From an uncultured Rikenellaceae bacterium (GTDB lineage: Bacteria; Bacteroidota; Bacteroidia; Bacteroidales; VadinHA17): 64,000 nucleotides of DNA. The position numbers and the translations under genes were made by a program. Below, one piece after another: positions 10,236-18,166 of this stretch. The notes under the pieces were generated by a model that saw only the letters and a program-made list of their open reading frames with translations, was not told the DNA's origin and made no database searches. The stretch spans positions 96,991 to 160,990 of the forward strand of contig CAZMSH010000002.1 in NCBI GenBank assembly GCA_964568875.1. Direction: 5' to 3'. Every line of letters begins with the position of its first letter. Position 1 is the stretch's first letter.

Positions 10236-11524
10236 CCATTACGAAGGCTACGGTTCCTGGAGATAAGATATTTCAGCGGGTCAACTATTTTCTGCAAAAG
10301 GCGCATATCATCTGTCAGTATTTCAACTGTTCCTGACATATTCTGGGTAAATGGCAGTTCCCTGCCATAAATTGTTTTCAAACCGGCAGGCAGCGATATC
10401 TCGGCAATATATTGTTTTTCATCGGCAACAATTGAAATATTGCTGATTACACCCCTTACGAGACCGTACTCCAGATGCGGGTATCCGCTTAACTTAATAT
10501 TTACTGTCAGGCCCTGCTTCACTTTTCCCGATCGCTGCATGCCCAGCATTACCCTGCCGATTATTTCACCCTGGTCAGCAGGTACGACAGTAAGCACCTG
10601 TTCGCCTTCCTGAACATACTGATCGCTGCTCCAATAACGGGTAAATGTTGTGGTTCCATCGACGGGCGAGACAAGAAGATATTTGCTTTTCCAGAGGTCT
10701 ATAGCGGCGATAAGATCGGAAATCCTTCCTGAATTCTGGGCATATAGTTCCTGTAGTTCTTCGTCCCTCTTTATTGACAACTCCTGAAGATCCTGTTCCT
10801 TTCTGCTCAACGATATCGACTCTTCAAGAATATCGAGGCTCATTTGCTGCATTCCAATACGCCTTTCGAGCAACAATTGTCGCGACCTTTCGTACTCTGC
10901 CTCAGAAATAGCTTCTCTTACAAACATAAGAGAATCCCTGTTGAACCTGGATTTCTCTATTTCCATGCCATCAAGGTGGAGTTTTTCCTTTGCCTTCAGG
11001 CTTTCAATGAGTTGTCTGTTCGCTTTTATCTCTTCAGCAAGGGCACGAATACGATGACCCAGGTAGTCATTCTCTCTATAGTGCCAGAGCCTTGAATATG
11101 CCTGTTTAAAGAGAGAGAGGTACTGTTGCACCTCGCCCAGGCCATTAAATGCGGGTAAGCGCACAGGGTTTATGGTATCGGCAGCTGAATAATCTGCCAG
11201 CCATTTTTCCAGATTTAAGACTTCAGCGGGTTTTGCAGAAGATTCAATAATAACCAGTACCTCTCCAGCCTCTACCGTATCCCTGTCGGCTACCAGCATC
11301 TCTCTGATCATACCGCTGGCCCGTGCTGTCATTGTCACCGGTGGTCTGCGTGTTGTAATCTCTACCGGTGCCGGTATGGTATCAGGATATTTAATAAACC
11401 AGGCTGCAGACAGGAATAATGCAAAGATCAGAAAGAGAATGGTTGTCCCCCATGCCACAAGCTTGCGCGGCGGGGTTCCCATGATATCACGGACAGGATC
11501 TGAATGGATAATCTTATTTTCCAA
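10220..11524 (-). CDS. HlyD-family secretion adaptor (bacteriocin/peptide exporter accessory)
   Basis: 434 aa. It has an N-terminal TM (LVAWGTTILFLIFALFLSAAWFI), a long coiled-coil middle and a C-terminal beta-barrel region. Its start overlaps the stop of the upstream C39-ABC gene (11514-11524). Confidence 0.85.
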   Translation of the reverse strand: MENKIIHSDPVRDIMGTPPRKLVAWGTTILFLIFALFLSAAWFIKYPDTIPAPVEITTRRPPVTMTARASGMIREMLVADRDTVEAGEVLVIIESSAKPAEVLNLEKWLADYSAADTINPVRLPAFNGLGEVQQYLSLFKQAYSRLWHYRENDYLGHRIRALAEEIKANRQLIESLKAKEKLHLDGMEIEKSRFNRDSLMFVREAISEAEYERSRQLLLERRIGMQQMSLDILEESISLSRKEQDLQELSIKRDEELQELYAQNSGRISDLIAAIDLWKSKYLLVSPVDGTTTFTRYWSSDQYVQEGEQVLTVVPADQGEIIGRVMLGMQRSGKVKQGLTVNIKLSGYPHLEYGLVRGVISNISIVADEKQYIAEISLPAGLKTIYGRELPFTQNMSGTVEILTDDMRLLQKIVDPLKYLISRNRSLRNGQPPE

Positions 11525-13700
11525 GTTCGAGTTGGTTTTTGATCAACCTGTAATAAGCTCCCTGGCTGGCTACGAGAGAATCATGATCGCCTGTTTCCAC
11601 TACCCTGCCCTCTTCCAGGACTATTATCTTGCCGGCATTTCTTACAGTGCTCAGACGATGCGCGACTACAATAACTGTTTTACCCCTGAAGAAGTGATCG
11701 AGGTTCTTCGTTATGGCCTTTTCATTATTTGCATCAAGGGAGTTTGTAGCCTCGTCAAAAATTAATATTTCAGGATCTTTGTATACAACCCTGGCAATAA
11801 GTATTCTCTGTTTCTGCCCCTCGCTGAGACCATGGCCATTAGCGCCGATCTTCGTATTATACCTGTTAGGCAGTGACTCTACAAATGCTCTGATATTTGC
11901 TACCTCACACGCGTTTACCAGTCTCTCTTCATCTATCGATTCTGCACCCGGGGCAATGTTACCTGCTATAGAATCGGGGAAGATAAAACCGTCCTGCATT
12001 ACAGCACCGGTGCTCTCGCGCCATGTTCTGAGGCTGATGTCACCCAGCCTTGTGTTCCCGACAATGATTTCACCTTCGACCGGAGCATAAAACCCGAGTA
12101 TCATTTTAAGGAGTGTTGTCTTGCCACTGCCACTGGTGCCGACTATGGCCGTAACCTCATTCTCATTGATGGTAAGGTCGACGTTCCTGAGGGCGTAGGG
12201 TGATCTCGGGCCTTCGTACTGGTAGGAGAGATTGTTAATATAAATCGTCTTTGCCTCAGGAAGTTTGCGCAGCTTTTGTTCTGGCGAAGGCTCTTCGTCA
12301 TCCATTGAATGCACCTCCGACAGCCTGTCCAGACTCATTCTGGCATCCTGCGTAAGTTTAAGGAATGTGCTAACCTGGCTCAGCGGCACATTCAACTGGC
12401 CTATGATGAACTGAACCGCCAGCATCATACCGAGAGTCATCTCGCCCTTCAGCACCAGTGTTGCTGCCATAATGGTAACAAGAATATTGGTAACCTCATT
12501 AATAAAAATAGCACCTGCAGACTGATATTGTGAAAGACCAAGCCCTTTGACCTTTACCCTGAAGAGTTCGGCCTGTATGTTTTCCCAATCCCATCTCTTG
12601 CTGTTTTCACTGCGTGTGAGTTTTATCTCCTGCATTCCGTTGACCATGTTTATCAGGCTGCTGTTTGATGCGGCCATTCTCCTGAAACGCTCATGGTCGA
12701 GTATGGCCCTTCTTCGCATGAAAAGAGTTACCCAGGCCACATAAAGCAAGGCTCCGGCAAGGAATAAAGCAAGAATATAAACATTGTAGATAGCCAGTAC
12801 TATTCCGAATATAAGCAGGTTGAAAAAGGAGAACAGAATGCTCAGTGTTGCTGAGGTAAGAAAAGCCTCAATACGATTATTGTCGTCGATACGCTGAAGA
12901 ATGTCACCGGTCAGCTTGGTGTCGAAGAATGCAATTGGGAGCGACATTAGTTTATGCAGGAACCCCGAAATAATTGATACATTTATACGGGTTCCTATGT
13001 GCAGAAGCAGCCAGCCTCTTATAAATTCAACGCTCATCCTTCCTGTTACAAGTGCCAGTTGAGCAAAGAGCAGCAGATAGATAAACCCCAGATCATTATT
13101 GTTGATGCCAATGTCTATGACTGACTGGGTAAGAAAAGGCAGGATAAGTTGTATGAGACTACCGAGCAGCAGCCCCAGTATCAGTTGTGTAACATACTTG
13201 CGGTAGAGTCGGAAATGACGAAGAAGAAACCTGAATCCCGGTTTGCTCTCTTTTTCGCTTTCCTGTTCAAAAAACTGTGGCTTCGGTTCAATGATAAGAA
13301 CCATTCCTGCAGGTTCACCTTCAACGAGGGCAGTTCCCCAATGTCGAAGAAACTCATGATGGGTATAGGATACCAGTCCTGATGCAGGGTCAGCAGCCAA
13401 TACCTTCTTTTTGGTAATCTTGTATACAACAACAAAATGATTTTGTCGCCAGTGTACTATGCAGGGCAGCGGTACGTTATTGCTGAGTTTCTCGAATGGG
13501 ATACGGACACCAATTGTACGGAAACCCAGCGAATCAGCCGCTTCAGACAACCCCAGAAAAGAAACCCCCTCCCTGGTGATGTGGCATCTCTTGCGGAGTG
13601 TTTCAAACGAAATTGTTTTCCCATAATGCGCCGCCACCATCTTCAGGCAGGCAGGGCCGCAATCCATGGCGTCGGGTTGTTTTATAAACGGGAAAGACAT
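11514..13700 (-). CDS. Peptidase C39 domain-containing ABC transporter (double-glycine leader-cleaving exporter, ComA/LagD type)
   Basis: 728 aa. The N-terminal C39 domain has an intact triad context: QPDAMDCGPACL (Cys), NHFVVVYK (His), LAADPASG (Asp). It has a 6-TM domain and an NBD with Walker A GTSGSGKTT, signature LSEGQKQR and Walker B ILIFDEAT. Confidence 0.93.
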   Translation of the reverse strand: MSFPFIKQPDAMDCGPACLKMVAAHYGKTISFETLRKRCHITREGVSFLGLSEAADSLGFRTIGVRIPFEKLSNNVPLPCIVHWRQNHFVVVYKITKKKVLAADPASGLVSYTHHEFLRHWGTALVEGEPAGMVLIIEPKPQFFEQESEKESKPGFRFLLRHFRLYRKYVTQLILGLLLGSLIQLILPFLTQSVIDIGINNNDLGFIYLLLFAQLALVTGRMSVEFIRGWLLLHIGTRINVSIISGFLHKLMSLPIAFFDTKLTGDILQRIDDNNRIEAFLTSATLSILFSFFNLLIFGIVLAIYNVYILALFLAGALLYVAWVTLFMRRRAILDHERFRRMAASNSSLINMVNGMQEIKLTRSENSKRWDWENIQAELFRVKVKGLGLSQYQSAGAIFINEVTNILVTIMAATLVLKGEMTLGMMLAVQFIIGQLNVPLSQVSTFLKLTQDARMSLDRLSEVHSMDDEEPSPEQKLRKLPEAKTIYINNLSYQYEGPRSPYALRNVDLTINENEVTAIVGTSGSGKTTLLKMILGFYAPVEGEIIVGNTRLGDISLRTWRESTGAVMQDGFIFPDSIAGNIAPGAESIDEERLVNACEVANIRAFVESLPNRYNTKIGANGHGLSEGQKQRILIARVVYKDPEILIFDEATNSLDANNEKAITKNLDHFFRGKTVIVVAHRLSTVRNAGKIIVLEEGRVVETGDHDSLVASQGAYYRLIKNQLELGK

Positions 13701-13821
13701 GATCTGTCATCAATTCATCAGTTGCCATCAAAGATATGTATTATTCTTATTTATAATATGCCCGGCACTGCATTAGAAACAACGCATGAGACATGACAGC
13801 CAATTGATTTGCGGGAAATAC

Positions 13822-13829
13822 TATATTTG
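13822..13829 (+). promoter_or_regulatory. Candidate Bacteroidota -7 promoter box (TAnnTTTG) for the sigma-factor gene
   Basis: TATATTTG lies 25 nt upstream of the TTG start at 13854, in the 153-bp divergent intergenic region. No well-spaced -33 TTTG was seen. Confidence 0.3.
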
Positions 13830-13853
13830 CTTTCTTGATAACAGTAATAGGGG

Positions 13854-14420
13854 TTGTTCAAAAAAATCAGCGATAAAAGCCTAATTGAGGGGATCAGGCT
13901 ACAGGACGAAAAAGCTCTGAAATATATCTATAACATGTATTATCAGATGGTTAAGAATAATGTCCTGAGAAATAGCGGTGATACCAGCGATGTTGATGAG
14001 GTAATGCAGGAGAGTGTCATTGTCTTATACAAACAGATCATTGATAACAAGATCAATCTGTCATGCGACCTGAAGGGCTACTTTTTCGGCATTTCCCGTT
14101 TGGTGTGGAACAACCTTTTAAGGCAGAAGCAGAAGCATTCAGAACTTGAAGTCGATGTCACCGATGAAGAGAGTGCTTCATATGAAGACAACAGAGAGGT
14201 ACTCGAAAGAGTCGTTGAAAGGTCGATGGACAGGCTTAAGCCAGACTGCAGGGAGGCATTGCTGTTGTTTTCACAGGGAATTGACTATAAAGAAATTGCC
14301 GTCAGACTGGGATTAAGAAGTGAAGATTACGCAAGGAGAAAAAAATACCTGTGCAAGGAGGCGCTGATGGAGTTAATAAAAAGTGACCCAGAATACAGAG
14401 ATCATTTTGATCGCAGATAA
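13854..14420 (+). CDS. Sigma-70 family (ECF-like) RNA polymerase sigma factor
   Basis: 188 aa. Region-2-like segment: DVDEVMQESVIVLYKQI...YFFGISRLVWNNLLR. Region-4 HTH-like segment: CREALLLFSQGIDYKEIAVRLGLRSEDYARRKKYLCKEAL. The ORF has a TTG start. It is divergent from the exporter operon. Confidence 0.7.
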   Translation: MFKKISDKSLIEGIRLQDEKALKYIYNMYYQMVKNNVLRNSGDTSDVDEVMQESVIVLYKQIIDNKINLSCDLKGYFFGISRLVWNNLLRQKQKHSELEVDVTDEESASYEDNREVLERVVERSMDRLKPDCREALLLFSQGIDYKEIAVRLGLRSEDYARRKKYLCKEALMELIKSDPEYRDHFDRR

Positions 14421-17400
14421 AATACCAGTCTGATAGCAGAAGCTATAAGTGCAAGCATCAACAGAACAGCTGACAACAACATTCCTGCATCGAAGAAAAG
14501 CGGACTTCTGTTACCATACAGAACCAGTGTTGACCAGTAAAACGGATGAGACTGATACTGTGATGAACCATTCAACATCTCCAGTTTTGCCTTTCTGAGT
14601 GATTTACTTTTACTGTCGCCTCTCTTCAGGTTTTCATAGAAAAACCGCATTATCTCAAAACCAAGCTCGTCGTCAACTTCCCAAAGGGACATAATTACCG
14701 ATTGGCTGCCAGCGGTTATAAAACCCCTTGCCAGGCTCATTACACCTTCGCCCGCCGTCAACTTACCAGACCCGGTATTGCATGATGAGACCACCACCAT
14801 TTTGGATGAAAGAGGAACTCCATAAATCTCATATGTATTAAGAAAACCCTCATTATTATTCTCCTTGCTGAAAATAAGCTTTGAATAAGCAGGATACTGA
14901 TTATTGATAATAGCATGCATTGCCAGATGTATAACCGGGAACTGTGAAGCCCTTGACTTATAGATGGATTCGAGAGCATTTTCGTTAAGGTAAAGCTCTC
15001 CGCCCAGCCTCCTTTGCACGTAAGATGCCTCATCCCTTGCGTGGGGAAGATCGGAAAGAACTTCCTGCCTGAGTTGCCGGGTGTTCAGGACAGAGTCCCT
15101 TTCCATATTGCCGGTATACTCCGGAGCAAACGCCAGGGCCCTATTGTTTAATGACCTGCCGCCTCCTGATGTCTCGATATACATGGTTGCAGAATAGGTA
15201 TATGAGATTTCAAACTCCTTAACCATAAAGTCGAGTTCTCTGTAGAGAATATCGTCCCTGCTCTGCAAGGTCGTGAGAAGGGCTTCAAATGGAATATATG
15301 CGAGCAGATTGTCGGGCGATATGATCAAACGTCTGGTAGTAAGCAACTCTCTTACCGGACTTATTAGCTTTTCATACAGGTAATGTCCGTTTTGATTGAT
15401 TTCGTTAAAAACTTGCCTTGCCCGTATAATGGAGGCAGGTTTCATTATAACATTTCTGAAATCAGTCAGTGACTGAAAGAATTCCGCATCGGTTGACTGC
15501 CTGATAAATGCGGTATGCTTTCGGTTTACCACAAATATATATATCGAAGTATCGGCAAGAACATAATTAATATATGTATCCTTTTTCCCCATCATCTTCC
15601 TGACTTCATCAAGTCCTGCGACCTTTGTGTTGTACTTCGCGGAATAATAGTCAGGATAGCTGCTTTCAAACAATCTGATCAATTCTGATTTTCTTTGAGC
15701 AGCGGCGAATTCAGAGTTTCTCAGTTCTTCCAGCCTGTTTGAATCGGGATTCTCACTTAACAGTTCATTAGCAATAAATTCTCTTACTGCCCCAAGTTCA
15801 ACCTCCAGGTTACGTTCAAGAACAGAAAGCGAGTCAGGTATCAAAAATTGAGAGGCTCTTATCTCCCTTAGAGAAACAAGAAGGCCGGCTGCCTTACTCC
15901 TCTCAGCATATTCAAAGGCAAGCCGCATATCTCTGTCTGAGCCTGAAAGAGACCACAGGTTATGAAGGTCTTTGACAATACCGTCATACGCTCTTCTGTA
16001 GTTATCACCCAGAAGTATACGGCTCTCTTCTTCGCTGATATCAATTCTTACTGCTTCAATATGTGAGATAAGAAGCTTGTTCGTTTCAATGGCTGCCCTG
16101 AGATAGAGAGTATCAGATCTTTCCTCATATAGTTTTCTCAATATGAATATCTTGTCGTTAAGCAAACCCAGGGTTGATCGGTCAGCTGTAATATTACTCC
16201 GGTCAGGATTTCCAAATTCAGTAAGTTCGTCTTCACTTACAAGGCCGAAAAGGGCAATCTGAACAGCCTTCAGCGCTTCTTCATTGAACCCTTCCCTGCT
16301 CAATACCATTGCGTAGGTGTTGTAAATCTCCCTTACAAGCAATCTATCGTCACTGTTTGCAAGGGCATAGGGTATTGCTTTTTCCCTTAGCAGTTCCAAT
16401 GCCCTGGTATTATCAATATCAAATTGAGACATAGTTGACGCGGCTCTGACCAGCATATCGTAGTAGGGCCTCGTTCCCGGGCTGAAAGAGACAGGGATCA
16501 TTTCAAGAGCCTGATCGAGAACCATCGAGGCCCTTGCAATATCTTGGTCTTCTGCAAAAAACCGTGCAGAATTGATAATGATCAGGAAAGATGAGACCCC
16601 CGGATGTTTTACTGCAATAGGAATCGCAGTATCGTAATATGACCTTGCAATATCTTCGTTACCCAACCTTGTATTATAGAAGGCTAGAGAATTCAATATG
16701 TTTATGAAAAGAGAAGGATTATCATCCGGGGCTGCCTTCATTAAATCGTATGCTCTTGTAAGGTATATCAAGGCTCGGGTATAATCATTTCGTCTGGAAT
16801 GGCTTATACCAAGATTGTTATAGAGCATACCTATAATGGAAACATTACTCTTCAAATTAATATGTTCTGCTATCTCAAGCCCCTTCTGTGCTGCTACAAT
16901 GGCCCTATCGAATTCTCTTAACTCATTCAGATTGGAAGCAAGGTTATTGTAATTATCTATATTATCCGATGCATAAGGCCCATCCTGTAATTCTACAAGG
17001 TTTATTAGAGAGTCAAGGACATTTACTGCTTCCCCGAACCTGCCCATATAAAACAGACTTGTGCTTATATTAGTAAGTGCATTCCTGTATCTTGAATCCC
17101 TCTGATCTATCGTTGCCCTGACTTTTGCAGAGCCTTCAAAATACTGGAATGCGTTCTGATACCTCGAGTTAAAATAGAGGTAAACTCCACACAGATACAT
17201 TGCATCGGAGAGAATGATATCCTGTTCAATAAGGTCTGATATTATTAGCGAATCAAAGTATTGGTAGTATCTCTCTGCACTGTTCTTGTCGCCCGCAAGA
17301 AGAATTGAGTAAAACTCATTTAATTTTCCTGTAAGGTTTTGTACTTCATTACACGGTGTAGAGTTTTTTGACAGGTATAGAGAAGCTCCAGGGTCGGCGT

Positions 17401-17458
17401 AGCCTGCCCCAATGGAGAAAACGGTAAATGCTATTATAAGATGTAACCTGTGATTCAT
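14402..17458 (-). CDS. TPR-repeat CHAT-domain (caspase-fold) protease with N-terminal signal peptide and C-terminal TM anchor
   Basis: 1018 aa. Signal-like N-terminus MNHRLHLIIAFTVFSIGAGYA. About 400 aa of TPR-like repeats (e.g. YNNLGISHSRRNDYTRALIYLTRAY). The C-terminal CHAT domain has His context VIHLAMHAI and Cys context VVVSSCNTGSG. The terminal hydrophobic helix MLLSAVLLMLALIASAIRLVFYL is followed by RSK. Confidence 0.88.
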   Translation of the reverse strand: MNHRLHLIIAFTVFSIGAGYADPGASLYLSKNSTPCNEVQNLTGKLNEFYSILLAGDKNSAERYYQYFDSLIISDLIEQDIILSDAMYLCGVYLYFNSRYQNAFQYFEGSAKVRATIDQRDSRYRNALTNISTSLFYMGRFGEAVNVLDSLINLVELQDGPYASDNIDNYNNLASNLNELREFDRAIVAAQKGLEIAEHINLKSNVSIIGMLYNNLGISHSRRNDYTRALIYLTRAYDLMKAAPDDNPSLFINILNSLAFYNTRLGNEDIARSYYDTAIPIAVKHPGVSSFLIIINSARFFAEDQDIARASMVLDQALEMIPVSFSPGTRPYYDMLVRAASTMSQFDIDNTRALELLREKAIPYALANSDDRLLVREIYNTYAMVLSREGFNEEALKAVQIALFGLVSEDELTEFGNPDRSNITADRSTLGLLNDKIFILRKLYEERSDTLYLRAAIETNKLLISHIEAVRIDISEEESRILLGDNYRRAYDGIVKDLHNLWSLSGSDRDMRLAFEYAERSKAAGLLVSLREIRASQFLIPDSLSVLERNLEVELGAVREFIANELLSENPDSNRLEELRNSEFAAAQRKSELIRLFESSYPDYYSAKYNTKVAGLDEVRKMMGKKDTYINYVLADTSIYIFVVNRKHTAFIRQSTDAEFFQSLTDFRNVIMKPASIIRARQVFNEINQNGHYLYEKLISPVRELLTTRRLIISPDNLLAYIPFEALLTTLQSRDDILYRELDFMVKEFEISYTYSATMYIETSGGGRSLNNRALAFAPEYTGNMERDSVLNTRQLRQEVLSDLPHARDEASYVQRRLGGELYLNENALESIYKSRASQFPVIHLAMHAIINNQYPAYSKLIFSKENNNEGFLNTYEIYGVPLSSKMVVVSSCNTGSGKLTAGEGVMSLARGFITAGSQSVIMSLWEVDDELGFEIMRFFYENLKRGDSKSKSLRKAKLEMLNGSSQYQSHPFYWSTLVLYGNRSPLFFDAGMLLSAVLLMLALIASAIRLVFYLRSK

Positions 17459-17621
17459 CCCCTTCCCGGAAGATAGTGTTTACGCCTCCTGCCTGTTTTA
17501 AAAGCGCAAGATAGCTTTTTTTTGAGTTAACCGAAATGTTTTTAAAGCACAGAAGGGGCTTTTCTTATATTACTGATATACTGACTATTGTGATTTTTTT
17601 GAAAAAAATGTCATTTTTTTT

Positions 17622-17646
17622 TGTCACAAACCGGGATGTTGTGACA
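17622..17646. promoter_or_regulatory. Perfect 8-bp inverted repeat TGTCACAA-N9-TTGTGACA (candidate operator) in the CHAT/peptide divergent region
   Basis: Read directly: TGTCACAA at 17622-17629 and TTGTGACA at 17639-17646. It is preceded by a 9-T run. It lies 68 nt upstream of the peptide ATG (17714) and 164 nt upstream of the CHAT start (17458). Confidence 0.4.
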
Positions 17647-17713
17647 TGTATGATTGGAAACAGAAACGAATTACCCGTTAAGATTATTAAATGAACTTAA
17701 AAAGAAAAAGATC

Positions 17714-17872
17714 ATGAGAACCCTGGAAGAAAAAAACTTTGAGATGATGATGAGATTTGCACTTTCATGTGATGAGATGTTGAAGGTGCGTGGTGGAACT
17801 GACGGTGAAGGTGATGGTGGAGATGACCCGGAAAGCGATCCCGAGAAGCCACCGGTAGTAATTAAGATCTGA
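17714..17872 (+). CDS. Double-glycine-leader precursor peptide (52 aa) with acidic Cys-free 24-aa core
   Basis: From the internal ATG the sequence is MRTLEEKNFEMMMRFALSCDEMLKVRGG | TDGEGDGGDDPESDPEKPPVVIKI. The leader end LSCDEMLKVRGG fits the LSxxELxxIxGG double-glycine consensus. A C39 exporter is encoded 4 kb away. The ORF track extends it to a TTG at 17654; the real start is uncertain. Confidence 0.7.
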   Translation: MRTLEEKNFEMMMRFALSCDEMLKVRGGTDGEGDGGDDPESDPEKPPVVIKI

Positions 17873-18166
17873 ATTTGAAAAAAAGGATCCCTGGCGAGGG
17901 ACAACATACAGGCTAACGGATTTAAATATCGAAACAGACTCCGTTATCCGGGTTCAGAATAGTTGAAAAGATACTTTTCAGTAGTACTGACAGGCTGATA
18001 ACAAGGTCCGGAATGTCTACCCTGCATGACTTAGGAGCAGGGGAACAGAAGGATGCAGTTAACATGCAACAGATATCTCTGCCTGATATCAGTGTCGGTG
18101 AGTTGAGTACCTAAGAAGTAAAGGCTTGATGAACTTTAATTATAGTGGAATAATATATCTATCGTT

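Noticed and set aside
13437-13796. 119-aa plus-strand ORF spanning the ABC-transporter 5' end and the divergent intergenic region
   Set aside because: Most of it is antisense to the C39 domain coding sequence, and it has no motif. It would occupy the promoter region shared by the exporter and sigma genes.
17671-17907. 78-aa minus-strand ORF overlapping the GG-leader peptide gene
   Set aside because: It is the mirror frame of the peptide gene (its Pro/Ser/Gly-rich sequence reflects the acidic Gly-rich core codons). The plus-strand reading has the functional leader motif and the appropriate genomic context.
18013-18114. 33-codon plus-strand ORF (MSTLHDLGAGEQKDAVNMQQISLPDISVGELST) in the gap after the peptide gene, considered as a second precursor
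   Set aside because: It has no double-glycine motif, no hydrophobic or leader-like features, and no similarity to the upstream peptide. It is most likely a chance ORF.
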